In this document: positions 10,501 through 18,070 of the stretch, one piece after another
How the letters are laid out: each line of letters starts with the position of its first letter
Position numbering within the stretch: the stretch's first letter is position 1
Position numbers and translations under genes: made by a program
DNA from: a virus
Taxonomy: Duplodnaviria; Caudoviricetes
Reading direction: 5' to 3' (one strand)
Length of the DNA stretch: 63,209 nucleotides
IMG/VR virus record: IMGVR_UViG_3300009181_000078
Coordinates: 1-63,209 of that record
Notes under the pieces: model-generated
What the model saw: the letters and a program-made list of their open reading frames with translations, nothing else
Database searches by the model: none
What the model was told of the DNA's origin: nothing

Positions 10501-12947
10501 TAATACTGTAAAGTTGTACCTGCAGTAATAAATGGTTGCTTGTCATTGAATGTATTCCAATCTGTTGAAGAAAGGTATCCATTGCTTGCTGTCCCTGCTT
10601 GGCTAATGGTAAATGCCCCCGTAGTGCTATTGTATGACAATGGAGCCGTAGCACTAAGTGAACCCAATACTATATAAGCACTTGAGTCAACACTTCCATC
10701 AGCTTTTAAAAACTGAGAAGATGTTCCTCCTGACTTAATTAAAGAAGCAGCAGTTAAGTTGTATATTCCTAAGTTTACATTAGCAGTTGCTCCTGTATAT
10801 GGTACATATCCTGTTAAAGAAGGGAATGATTGCAATGCTCCTGTTCCATCAATATACTGAAGTGTTGTCCCCGCCCCCGTAACAGCAATTGTGCCATTTG
10901 AAGTCAATGGTGAGTTTGCAACACTAAACGCTGATGGCATACTTACACCTACTGAGGTTAATCCTGTATCAATATCAGACCAACTTGCAGTAATTGTGCC
11001 ACCATCTTGTTGGTTAAGTGTTAATGTCTTTGTTGCTGTACCTGTAACTGCAGCACTTACAATTGAATCATTGTATGCTGTGTTCCAATTAGTCGAGTTG
11101 TCAGTTATATATGAAATAGTTCCGGCAACAGATTTAACTAAGCCGGTTCCACCTAAGAATGGTTGTTTACCATTAAAAGTGTTCCAATCAGTACTTGATA
11201 AATAACCATTCTGAGTAGTATTAGCTACTTGAATAGAAAATACCCCTGTAAGATTATTATAACTTAATGGAGAACTTGCAGATAATGACGCTAAAGTAAT
11301 GTATCCTGCTCCATTTAATATTTGACTATTGTCAGTTGGTATTGTAATTACCCCTGTTGTACTATTATACGCTCCTGAACCTGCAGCAAATGAAAGTGCT
11401 GCTCTCGCTCTTGAGTTTAAATAATATAAATTAGTTGCTCCCTCCGGTATGTTGTCTGTTGTAAGACTTACTGCTCCAATTTGTCCATTGACAGAAGTAA
11501 CTAAGTCTGTATTGTCTACTTTGTTCCACGTAGAGCCATTAAATATTGCCCAATCTCCTACTTGCCAATCAGTAATACCATTTAAGTTGGTATTCCCTGC
11601 TACACTTACAATATAATAATATCCTTGCGTACCTACACTACTTACTAAAGCAGGTGTGTTAGTAGCCGCATTCCATACACCTTGGTATTGAACACCACCA
11701 ATCAATCCATTGATTTGATTTTGTACTTTACCAAAAGCTGTTAAAATACTATCTGAAGAAGTTATTGCACTTCCTGTTATACTTAATCCTGTTAAAAGTT
11801 TTCCTATTACTGCAGCGTTACTAAGTGTAACTGCTGCTGCTCCCGGACCTGCTGCTGTAGCTTCGCCTGTTAACGAAGTGATATAGTTGCCTGCCGGTTG
11901 CTTGCTGTTAAATGTCAACCAATCAACATTGGATAGGTATCCATCTAAGCTACTGCTTGATTGTTGTATTGATATGTCAGGATTAACGCCTCCTGTTGAA
12001 AACAAAGGAGTTGTTGCTGTAACTGAAGATACTCCTGCCGCAATTGTCCACGTCCTATCTGCTGATAAATTATAAGTAATACCATTGATTGTAAGTGTTC
12101 TTGTTTGAGGAACACCGCCAAGCCCTGACAATGTATAGTTAGGAACATTGATTACACTTCCAACAAGAGTAGATGGTCCACTTGAACCAATAGTTGTTAA
12201 ACTAATTGACCCTTGTTTACCATCAAAAGTAATCCAATCTGCACTTGACAAATATCCATTTTGAGAAGCATTTGCTTGTTGAATAGAGATTACTTTTGTA
12301 ATATTATCAATACTCAATGGAGATGTTGCCGTGTAAACAGGCAAATCAATCCATTGTACAGTAGTTGAGTTGCTTGCCAATACTTGTCCTGATGTACCCG
12401 TAGACTCATTATAGTCCATTAAGGTACCTTGAACAGTTAATTGGCTACCAATAACTGCAGCATTAGCACTTACTACTATTGCTTCTAAATTAGCATCTAA
12501 TACAATGTCAACATCAGCCGTATTGCCTGATGTTAAAACTTGTTGTAAGTCAGGAGTAATTGTAGGTACACTGTACCATTCTATTCCATCTCCTGTGCTT
12601 ATAAGAACTTGTCCTGCTGTACCTATAGAATCTAAAGAATCATATAATCCTCCTAATATATGAGTATCACCTGTTAAATAACTATTTAAAATAGTTGCAG
12701 TATCAGTTACCTCAATATATGTTGTAAATATCGTACCATTTAGAATAATGTCTTGGGTAGCAGTATTGCCATAATCTAAAACACCCTGTAATGTATTTGC
12801 AGGGATATTAGGGATGAACAAATTTAATAACTCGCTAAGCGTAAAATTGTACGTTATGTCCTCAATCTCTCCGCCAACACTTGTTCCGATTAGTTTATCG
12901 GCTAACTTGGGTACAGGAGTTACCTCATATGTACTAATCTTTGACAT
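4566..12947 (-). CDS. Giant tail fibre protein with C-terminal peptidase S74 intramolecular chaperone
   Basis: G/T/S-rich repeats; C-terminal SDERLKTNI...GVIAQE...VAYGNMVGLLIEAMKE followed by a coiled coil. Confidence 0.9.
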   Translation of the reverse strand: MSKISTYEVTPVPKLADKLIGTSVGGEIEDITYNFTLSELLNLFIPNIPANTLQGVLDYGNTATQDIILNGTIFTTYIEVTDTATILNSYLTGDTHILGGLYDSLDSIGTAGQVLISTGDGIEWYSVPTITPDLQQVLTSGNTADVDIVLDANLEAIVVSANAAVIGSQLTVQGTLMDYNESTGTSGQVLASNSTTVQWIDLPVYTATSPLSIDNITKVISIQQANASQNGYLSSADWITFDGKQGSISLTTIGSSGPSTLVGSVINVPNYTLSGLGGVPQTRTLTINGITYNLSADRTWTIAAGVSSVTATTPLFSTGGVNPDISIQQSSSSLDGYLSNVDWLTFNSKQPAGNYITSLTGEATAAGPGAAAVTLSNAAVIGKLLTGLSITGSAITSSDSILTAFGKVQNQINGLIGGVQYQGVWNAATNTPALVSSVGTQGYYYIVSVAGNTNLNGITDWQVGDWAIFNGSTWNKVDNTDLVTSVNGQIGAVSLTTDNIPEGATNLYYLNSRARAALSFAAGSGAYNSTTGVITIPTDNSQILNGAGYITLASLSASSPLSYNNLTGVFSIQVANTTQNGYLSSTDWNTFNGKQPFLGGTGLVKSVAGTISYITDNSTNWNTAYNDSIVSAAVTGTATKTLTLNQQDGGTITASWSDIDTGLTSVGVSMPSAFSVANSPLTSNGTIAVTGAGTTLQYIDGTGALQSFPSLTGYVPYTGATANVNLGIYNLTAASLIKSGGTSSQFLKADGSVDSSAYIVLGSLSATAPLSYNSTTGAFTISQAGTASNGYLSSTDWNTFNDKQPFITAGTTLQYYRGDKTFQTLNTTAVPEGTNLYFTNARAIASTLTGYVSGAGTISATDSLLTAIQKLNGNISGLTTGVSSVFGRTGAVIAVSGDYTTTLVPEGTNLYYLDSRARAAVSLTTTGSSGASTYNSTTGVFNIPNYGAALSGYVPTSRTLNINGTSYDLSADRSWSVGTVTSVAALTLGTTGTDLSSSVATGTTTPVITLNVPTASAANRGALSSADWSTFNGKVSGVTATSPLASSGGTTPNITIQQSSGSQAGFLSAADWTTFNNKQAAGNYITSLTGEATATGPGAASVTLSNSAVTAKVLTGINITGGTVVDTDSILTGFGKLQNQINSLIGSTIYKGTWNASTNTPTLASGVGTRGWYYIVSVAGTTNLDGITDWFVGDWAIFDGTAWQQVDNTDAVVSVNGFTGAVSLTTDNIPEGTTNLYYTNTRARAALSFTAGSGAYNSTTGVITIPTNNNQITNGSNYITLASLSGTAPISYNSGTGAISITQSGTASNGYLSSTDWNTFNNKQAALTNPVLASGTWTSGYLPKINGSYTITNSIAYDGGSSIGINTNAPYDNTQFKLDVNGGFIVKNTSGVAAQFVLIDANPASGGNAGFFIQSVGGTSTAAWGQVQTYYGTSIASGALRLQPSGGQILVGTTTPSAFMVDINGTLRVVGQLTLSSTITNGTYTYTLPGATGTIALVGGAGVGTVTSVAALTIGTTGTDLSSTVANSTTTPVITLNVPTASATNRGALSAADWTTFNSKAPSVTGGYLPLSGGTMTGPITLVNGGIGIIVGDDATISDNNVANTMFVAGNQNSDRGYINFSLSSNNSLGAINGGALTWRGATVMTTANISGTTNYIPKFTAANAIGDSVIQESSSNIGIGISPVNKLDVNGSIRAMGYDGGGTGAGLELFFLSGISYVSSQDRGVSGYVPLYIRSSATNFTNGSVGIGITPTQLLDVNGNGKFRGQDFFLGSSTAADNVIYIYSKNGAESQIRTNAGVSSSYNGMMIASNYNQANSLSSWSIDLGGALNSTSNVNAYTLGYKAYGGAWASLMTVSATGSTTFTSGVVHYVGSSRMFASNGSSFNYLYTGSTQLSINNSTDTATVASISNTGAASFASANISSTSILTTASTTLLNSRGIIVDAATTTNDAFIPIGYSWASSISNYNPYWGMALKTVSYSSGTANLVFYTAGSVRFTIGSSGEATFNSTVILPNNTYLQFKNTSGVAQTVLTTDTGNSTVLRPSVSGGYIAFQNYANNANNVLVADSGIITFNNLAGTGTRMVVADASGNLSTQTIGSGSITGSGTTNYVPKFTSSSAIGNSVIIDSGSDVTVGSFLRVNAYGNTAGGTIRMGVVNDSTAKWSYLVSTQYNSSSNPQGFSVIGAYTSSTANDIIIGGSIYEANPATSIQFWTYTATTHALGGIKRMQIDTNGIATFYYGSIFNAPMSINGGAVPSDRWFEISGTTSGKVFGAVINPTFTYTGANIYGLYLNNNFGTGTITNSYALYIDSTSVGSATVTNKYGIYQASGSDRNYLAGNVGIGTVSPNAMLDVYTSQGGSTIAASHSTGGSYPKVSGISFGATSTSLTVSNNGGTTTFIGGAGIYANNGAASNNPTDLVFWTTSGGTPATRLTIASGGGATFTSSVGASTFNWNSGIGALSYGSGFVTMETNTANAIQFKTNGTTALTLQTNQNGRFANSLGIGKDPSYNLDVNGSIRGSDRLYWNGQSQLVYILNYDQINNADTTTIADSTATNGYALQKSGGSSTFFYGNYTSFPPGNYTAYFRLKVASNASGSYLGQLDIVGANCIGFAISVLPNMFDASNTWQYIKLPFTITGGGYIEWRFVSWTGVTNTFFDHVMIYQEGGEGKVFTRNAYSIYVNQNTLGMQLDTSGNLTATGDVIAYSDERLKTNIETITGALDKVMSLRGVSYNRIDTENKKKKIGVIAQEIQKIIPEVINESSDGTLGVAYGNMVGLLIEAMKEQQKQIDELKIKN

Positions 12948-12960
12948 CCGCTATAAAATT

Positions 12961-13224
12961 TTAATGTACTATCTTCAATACGTCTCCTGTTCTATAGATT
13001 TGACCTGCAACCAATCCTCCTGCTAAAGCTGCAGCATTATCTGCATACTGAGGAGTATCGGCAATAACAATAGCCGGAGCATTAAAGTTTGCCTCAAATA
13101 ACGCCAATAACTCTGCCGGAGTAAAGTTATAAGTGCCATTTGGTGGCGTTCCATCAACGCTTGTTCCGACAAGTCTATCATCTAACTTGGGAAGAGCAAT
13201 AATAGTGTATGAGTTAATTTTCAT
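12961..13224 (-). CDS. Small virion protein paralogous to the tail fibre N-terminus
   Basis: MKINSY...PKLDDRLVGTSV...TYNFT vs fibre MSKISTY...PKLADKLIGTSV...TYNFT. Confidence 0.65.
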   Translation of the reverse strand: MKINSYTIIALPKLDDRLVGTSVDGTPPNGTYNFTPAELLALFEANFNAPAIVIADTPQYADNAAALAGGLVAGQIYRTGDVLKIVH

Positions 13225-13225
13225 T

Positions 13226-13567
13226 TTAAACTAATGTTAAAAGATATAAAGTCTCGTTTACAAGACCAAGCATCTCATCCATAATGTTTTGTAAGTCTGA
13301 AGCATAATTATCCCTTTCTGCTTCGATAGTTGCTTGCATCCCTTTTAAATGGGTAACAGCATCCTGCTTCTTAGACTCAGGGATAGTTATTTCAATACGA
13401 CCACTACGACCAAACAACTTTTCAGTGAATGAGTCAGTCAATTCCAAAATGCCATCATAATAAGCATTAAGTGCCTTATGCTCCGCAAAAGACCTTGTAT
13501 CCAAGTGAGTCAAATGCATTGTATCTCTTGACTGAAACAGGATTCCTAAAAATTTACTTGGTGTCAT
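13226..13567 (-). CDS. Ferritin/Dps-like four-helix protein (DUF5856-like)
   Basis: HLTH...SFAEHKAL...YYD...DSFTE...NIMDE...TLYLLTL resembles phage Dps-like proteins. Confidence 0.7.
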   Translation of the reverse strand: MTPSKFLGILFQSRDTMHLTHLDTRSFAEHKALNAYYDGILELTDSFTEKLFGRSGRIEITIPESKKQDAVTHLKGMQATIEAERDNYASDLQNIMDEMLGLVNETLYLLTLV

Positions 13568-13570
13568 AGT

Positions 13571-13804
13571 TTAGTTTTTTTCTTTTTGAGTTACTTCTCC
13601 CGTTTGCATATTGATTACTGAATCAGCACCGTACTTATCAATAAGTAATTTCTCATTGTTAGTAAAGGCTTCAACAATAGTATGTGCCTGTTTGATTAAC
13701 CCTTGTTTTTGCAATTCAAGTTCGCCAAGACCTATTTTAATCTTAGTGTACTCTGCTGAACCTGTCTTGATAAAGTCTAATTCTTCTGCTGTTAAATTTG
13801 CCAT
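13571..13804 (-). CDS. Hypothetical coiled-coil protein
   Basis: Has its own promoter (13828-13835) and an AATCAAATCAAATG leader. Confidence 0.7.
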   Translation of the reverse strand: MANLTAEELDFIKTGSAEYTKIKIGLGELELQKQGLIKQAHTIVEAFTNNEKLLIDKYGADSVINMQTGEVTQKEKN

Positions 13805-13827
13805 TTGATTTGATTGTTTAATTTATA

Positions 13828-13835
13828 CAAATATA
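13828..13835 (-). promoter_or_regulatory. Bacteroidota sigma-A -7 element TATATTTG
   Basis: Matches TAnnTTTG in an intergenic gap. Confidence 0.65.
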
Positions 13836-13849
13836 GTAAATAAAAATTA

Positions 13850-14305
13850 TCATTTTATGAGATACTTCCTTCCAAACCATATAGCTATGGGAATCAAAAG
13901 CAACCACAAAAACACAAAGTAGTTTGCTTTCTTATCAACTTTCTTCTCAAAGCCTTTAGCCTTAATATCCTTCTTGACCGAAACCGTATTCTCAGACGAT
14001 TGAGATATAGTAGATTTTGAGGAATCTACTATGTGTCTGCGTGTTTTTTTGAGTCTAACTGTCGCATTGAAGTATTGCTTGCCATCAATCACTAATGGTT
14101 TAGCCGTATCAATGGGTACTATCTCAACCTCGTCAATATCCTCTTTAATAGAAATAGCGTTCTGTTGTACAGAAACGCTATCCTTTTTTTCGACAGCAGT
14201 GCTGTCAATATGTGTCTCTACTTGTGTCTTGGTAACCATTACCTTCCTTGAGGCACAAGAGAATAGTAAGAAACTAAGTAATATTAGTGTAAGATGTTTT
14301 GCCAT
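13850..14305 (-). CDS. Lipoprotein, probable unimolecular spanin
   Basis: Lipobox LLFSC at the N-terminus, a C-terminal TM helix, and position directly after the endolysin. Confidence 0.65.
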   Translation of the reverse strand: MAKHLTLILLSFLLFSCASRKVMVTKTQVETHIDSTAVEKKDSVSVQQNAISIKEDIDEVEIVPIDTAKPLVIDGKQYFNATVRLKKTRRHIVDSSKSTISQSSENTVSVKKDIKAKGFEKKVDKKANYFVFLWLLLIPIAIWFGRKYLIK

Positions 14306-14738
14306 TTGATTTGATTGCTTTTAGTTTTTGACCCCTATTTTTACCTTCGCTATAAGATACGTGAACCCAATCAGGATTAGAGTCAGTTCCAAACTCCCAT
14401 ATCAATTGGTCAAACTCTAAATTGTCCTTAATGAAATCATACACCATTTTGTTGGTTACGCCATTTGGAGTACCATCCATATCAATGTCAATTGCCTGAC
14501 CTTTGCAGTGCTGAGATGTAGCTGAACCGCCAATACACTTGTTAAGTTCAGTAGACCTGTATCCACTTGAAATATGAATAGGACATCTAAAGTTATTACG
14601 AATAGGCTCAAAAACCTTTTCCGCTAATTCTTTAAAATTTGCAATATGCTCATCTGTTGGCATATTACTAATACCATTACGTTTTGCTGATTCGCTTCTG
14701 ATTAACTCAGACAAATCTAAATGTTCGCTGATTTTCAT
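14274..14738 (-). CDS. Endolysin, peptidase M15 family
   Basis: ISSGYRS, SQHCKGQAID and WVHVS zinc-peptidase motifs. Confidence 0.9.
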   Translation of the reverse strand: MKISEHLDLSELIRSESAKRNGISNMPTDEHIANFKELAEKVFEPIRNNFRCPIHISSGYRSTELNKCIGGSATSQHCKGQAIDIDMDGTPNGVTNKMVYDFIKDNLEFDQLIWEFGTDSNPDWVHVSYSEGKNRGQKLKAIKSNGKTSYTNIT

Positions 14739-15004
14739 TATTCTTCTTTTTTATTGTCGTTTCCTTTAAATCCTTTTACAAGGTTTGTCACTGATTCAAT
14801 AGTTGTAAGACCTAATGCAACGGCACTAAGTGCAAACGTTGCCCACACAAGAGAATCTGCCGGAGCAAAATTGCCGTGCGTTTTTGAATTGTCATATAAG
14901 GTATAAAATAGAGCAAATGCACCAACTATACCTACTAATCTTTTGCTTGATGTTCCACTTTCTGAGGAAAAAAATCCTGAAAGCCATCCAAATATTTTTT
15001 TCAT
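14738..15004 (-). CDS. Probable holin
   Basis: 88 aa, two TM segments, charged C-terminus, directly upstream of the endolysin. Confidence 0.65.
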   Translation of the reverse strand: MKKIFGWLSGFFSSESGTSSKRLVGIVGAFALFYTLYDNSKTHGNFAPADSLVWATFALSAVALGLTTIESVTNLVKGFKGNDNKKEE

Positions 15005-15393
15005 CGTAATTTATTTTTATATTCTAATACTGCTATTCGCTGTTTAATCTCTGCTCTTTCAGTTGCTGCACTTTCTTTTATATTTGTCATCTTCTCTATT
15101 ATCTCCATCTTCATATCTGCCCTGCTTTGTGCTGCTGCTGCCCTAATTGCTTCCATCTCAATAGTTGTTCCCTGAGGTGGTATTGCTTTATTTTCAGTAG
15201 TTACTACAACGGCTACTTTATTTTGAAGAACCGTAATCTGATTGTTCAATGTACTTACTTGAGTAAGTAACCATCCAATAGCAGAAACACAGATAGGAAG
15301 TAGTGTAAACACCAACTTTTCAACCAATCCATTTTTACTTTGATTGGCTGCAAGCGTCTCGGCTATCTTTTCGTTTCTTTCTTCTTGCGTCAT
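15001..15393 (-). CDS. Membrane-anchored coiled-coil protein
   Basis: Single TM followed by heptad repeats. Confidence 0.6.
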   Translation of the reverse strand: MTQEERNEKIAETLAANQSKNGLVEKLVFTLLPICVSAIGWLLTQVSTLNNQITVLQNKVAVVVTTENKAIPPQGTTIEMEAIRAAAAQSRADMKMEIIEKMTNIKESAATERAEIKQRIAVLEYKNKLR

Positions 15394-15521
15394 CGTCCTT
15401 GACCTCTATATTGTTTTTTATAAAGTTTACTTGTCTTGGTCTTGCTTGTTTGCGTCTTTGCCGCAAGTCCTCTTTTCTTTGGCTTGCTAATATAAGAACT
15501 GCTGTTTATTGCCTTTGCCAT
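15390..15521 (-). CDS. Small basic peptide (43 aa, ends YRGQGR)
   Basis: Own translation MAKAINSSSYISKPKKRG...KKQYRGQGR; fills the gap with an ATGA overlap. Confidence 0.65.
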   Translation of the reverse strand: MAKAINSSSYISKPKKRGLAAKTQTSKTKTSKLYKKQYRGQGR

Positions 15522-15523
15522 TC

Positions 15524-16102
15524 CTAATTCTTTTTAAAATTTGGTACAACTGTTCCTACGGGATAAGTTGCTCCTAATGGTGCCTGTGTAACAGACGTCA
15601 TCCCCGGAATAACTCTAACTGCTTTATCTAATGGGAAAGCCGATTCGTTAATAGGACCCTCACACTCTGCAAGAGTTACCCCATTTACTTTTTTTGGCAA
15701 TATTCTACAAGGCATACACCACATATTACTCATTCCGCCACCCGGCTCATTTGTTACTACAAAAGTACGGTTCTGCGTAGCAGAAGTCTTCCAACTTGGT
15801 GCTTGAACTACTGAGTCGTAGTACCAAAATAATGACCATACAGTTTTATTTGTTCCATCAGGAGTAATGGTTGGATTACTAATTAAATACGTATTTAAAA
15901 CAGAAGGACCATCTAATACAGGGCAAGTAGCAATTCCTTTTAAGAACTTTTTGCCAAGCACAGTGATGGAATCTTTTGTTGCGTGTGTTGCACTTGCTCC
16001 ACAATAAGCAAACTTACCAACTACAATTGCTAATCCTTTTTCTTGAGCAAATCCAATAGTTGTTAAACCTAATAAGAATAATATCCCAAGTAATTTTTTC
16101 AT
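15524..16102 (-). CDS. Secreted Cys-containing hypothetical protein
   Basis: Sec signal peptide MKKLLGILFLLGLTTIGFA-Q; 5 Cys. Confidence 0.7.
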   Translation of the reverse strand: MKKLLGILFLLGLTTIGFAQEKGLAIVVGKFAYCGASATHATKDSITVLGKKFLKGIATCPVLDGPSVLNTYLISNPTITPDGTNKTVWSLFWYYDSVVQAPSWKTSATQNRTFVVTNEPGGGMSNMWCMPCRILPKKVNGVTLAECEGPINESAFPLDKAVRVIPGMTSVTQAPLGATYPVGTVVPNFKKN

Positions 16103-16107
16103 TGCAT

Positions 16108-16401
16108 TTATTTTTTAACTATAAATTCAGTAATAACTTTTAATGCTCCAAGTCCAACTAATGTAACCAACGCATAGAAGTAAGACTTATATTTTTTAAG
16201 TTCTGCTTTTACGTCAGATAACTCTTTCTTTACTTCTTTAAACTCACTTATTAAACCATTTGAATCTTTGTCGATGGGGTTACCGGCTAAAAGAGTATAG
16301 ACATCTTTAAGCATAGCTTTCATCTCAGCCATATTGCCCTTAATGGACTCTAACTCTTCTGCCATAATATCAAGTCTGTTATTTTCTTGGTTGCTCATCA
16401 T
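16108..16401 (-). CDS. Coiled-coil protein with C-terminal TM
   Basis: Hydrophobic C-terminal segment. Confidence 0.65.
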   Translation of the reverse strand: MMSNQENNRLDIMAEELESIKGNMAEMKAMLKDVYTLLAGNPIDKDSNGLISEFKEVKKELSDVKAELKKYKSYFYALVTLVGLGALKVITEFIVKK

Positions 16402-16411
16402 AATAGTTGAA

Positions 16412-16897
16412 TTACCAAAGTGCGTTAATAAGAGTTGCCGTAGTACCTGTGCTTCTAAGTTTTACAACTTGAATAGGTAATGTTGTTCCTGCAGGTACGC
16501 CATTGAAGGTAATTTGGTCATTGCCTAATGTTATAACTGAAACGTTACCCGTTCCACCTACATACAAAAAGCAACCCGGATTACCCATACTTGTCTGAGC
16601 AGACATTTGATAAACAACATAAGCCTGAGCAGTAGTTGTAAATATATCTGCGTTTAAAGTAAGTTGTGTCTCACTATCAACAGAAACAACTGTTGCTGCC
16701 GTACCTGCCGTATCATTATGAACGACATCTCCTGTAGCTACATTATTTGTAACAAATGTTGCAGCAGAGTTAACTAACTTAAATGCAACTGCAGATGTGT
16801 TTGTACCTGATGTTACTACAGCAGGGTAGGCAATATTAGCATTGTCTGAAGGATGTGCTCTTAATGCTCTTGAAAATGTTGTTTTAAAAACTGACAT
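16412..16897 (-). CDS. Putative virion structural/decoration protein
   Basis: Beta-rich, T/V/A-rich; LYVGGTGNV...LPIQV...TTAT..INALW. Confidence 0.6.
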   Translation of the reverse strand: MSVFKTTFSRALRAHPSDNANIAYPAVVTSGTNTSAVAFKLVNSAATFVTNNVATGDVVHNDTAGTAATVVSVDSETQLTLNADIFTTTAQAYVVYQMSAQTSMGNPGCFLYVGGTGNVSVITLGNDQITFNGVPAGTTLPIQVVKLRSTGTTATLINALW

Positions 16898-16902
16898 ATT
16901 TT

Positions 16903-17076
16903 TTATTTTTTATCTTGATAAGGAAATGCTCTATTTAATGCATCTTTTCTTGCCTTGCATCCACAATCTTTTCCTGTTGCTTTAGCTACAGTTTCTACAA
17001 CTTTTTTAATTCCTGTAAAAGTTGTAATCTTTTCAATTGTATCCCCAAGACCTTTACTTTTATTTGGTTGTTCCAT
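16903..17076 (-). CDS. Small hypothetical protein (57 aa; GLGD...DCGC..RK..LN)
   Basis: Own translation; preceded by AATCAAATCAAATG. Confidence 0.7.
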   Translation of the reverse strand: MEQPNKSKGLGDTIEKITTFTGIKKVVETVAKATGKDCGCKARKDALNRAFPYQDKK

Positions 17077-17086
17077 TTGATTTGAT

Positions 17087-17377
17087 TTAATATTTTCCTT
17101 TGCGACCTTTTGGATTTGGAGTTGTTGAACCTCCGGGACCTGCCCATAGATTCTTACAAGCCCAATATCTTGGAGTCATTTTATCACTTGCTGTGTCACA
17201 ACTATGTCTTGCTTTAAAACTTTTACGAGCAGCAGCAGAATAATTATTCCCATAGCCCTTTGCTCCAAAGTGGAGGAGTTTCTCCTCCCCATTGGAACAG
17301 GCTTTAACCATCTTTTTCTTTCCCGGTCTATCAGATGGGACAGGATGGTTACATTGCATTTTTGACTTATCAGCCAT
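17087..17377 (-). CDS. Basic hypothetical phage protein (ARH.C...YWACK.LW)
   Basis: ORF track; motif type common in phages. Confidence 0.7.
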   Translation of the reverse strand: MADKSKMQCNHPVPSDRPGKKKMVKACSNGEEKLLHFGAKGYGNNYSAAARKSFKARHSCDTASDKMTPRYWACKNLWAGPGGSTTPNPKGRKGKY

Positions 17378-17382
17378 ATAAA

Positions 17383-17559
17383 TTAATTTCTAAAATCTCT
17401 ATTTTTATGACCGGGGTCTTGACGCTTGTCTTTTTCTTTTAACTCAGGTAGAGCATACTCATCCTTAGGAGCAACTGCTTTTTTTATTTCAGCAACTACT
17501 TCTTCAGATACCTGTACGTCATCTTGAATTACTTCGTCAATTAGTTTTGACTTTGCCAT
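17383..17559 (-). CDS. Small hypothetical protein (58 aa)
   Basis: Own translation MAKSKLIDEVIQDD...; fills the operon gap. Confidence 0.6.
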   Translation of the reverse strand: MAKSKLIDEVIQDDVQVSEEVVAEIKKAVAPKDEYALPELKEKDKRQDPGHKNRDFRN

Positions 17560-17577
17560 AGCTTTTGTTTTTTAAAA

Positions 17578-17763
17578 TTAATACTTTGCTCTACTTAACT
17601 TAGCAGTAGCACCTTTACCTGCACCGGTAATCTTTCCTTTAGAAGGAACACCACCTGTCATAGATAATGCTTTTGCTTTTAATGCATTCTTAATTGAAGG
17701 AGCAACCGGTCCTGAAGGCATTTGCATTCTTGAAGATGCCGGTAAGTTTGGAGTTGATTTCAT
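17578..17763 (-). CDS. Small basic low-complexity protein
   Basis: ORF track; operon context. Confidence 0.6.
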   Translation of the reverse strand: MKSTPNLPASSRMQMPSGPVAPSIKNALKAKALSMTGGVPSKGKITGAGKGATAKLSRAKY

Positions 17764-17796
17764 CGTTTTGTTTTTTAAAATTATTGATTTATTTAT

Positions 17797-18021
17797 TTAA
17801 GGAGTTGTATCTAATGATTTCATATTCTGTCTACCTAAAGTATTCTTCAATCTTTGAAGACCTTGAGGCGTTGGAGTATTAGAAGTTGCACGTTGCTTAT
17901 TACGACCTAAAGAGTTTTTTAATCTCTCTCTACCCTCTTGCATTGCTCTTATTTTTTGAACTTGGTCGTTCTTGAAAGTAATTGCATCTAATTGCTCACT
18001 AAGTGTTTTATTATCTTCCAT
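17797..18021 (-). CDS. Hypothetical protein
   Basis: First gene after the minus-strand promoter at 18048-18055. Confidence 0.6.
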   Translation of the reverse strand: MEDNKTLSEQLDAITFKNDQVQKIRAMQEGRERLKNSLGRNKQRATSNTPTPQGLQRLKNTLGRQNMKSLDTTP

Positions 18022-18034
18022 AATGTAAAATTAT

Positions 18035-18055
18035 TAACTTTGCTCTACAAATGTA
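18035..18055. promoter_or_regulatory. Face-to-face pair of -7 elements: TAACTTTG (+, 18035-18042) and TACATTTG (-, 18048-18055)
   Basis: Both match TAnnTTTG in the 49-bp gap between divergent genes. Confidence 0.65.
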
Positions 18056-18070
18056 ATAAAATTTAATCAA

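Noticed and set aside
4566-12947. Diversity-generating retroelement acting on the tail fibre
   Set aside because: No reverse transcriptase is visible, and repeat differences are not adenine-specific.
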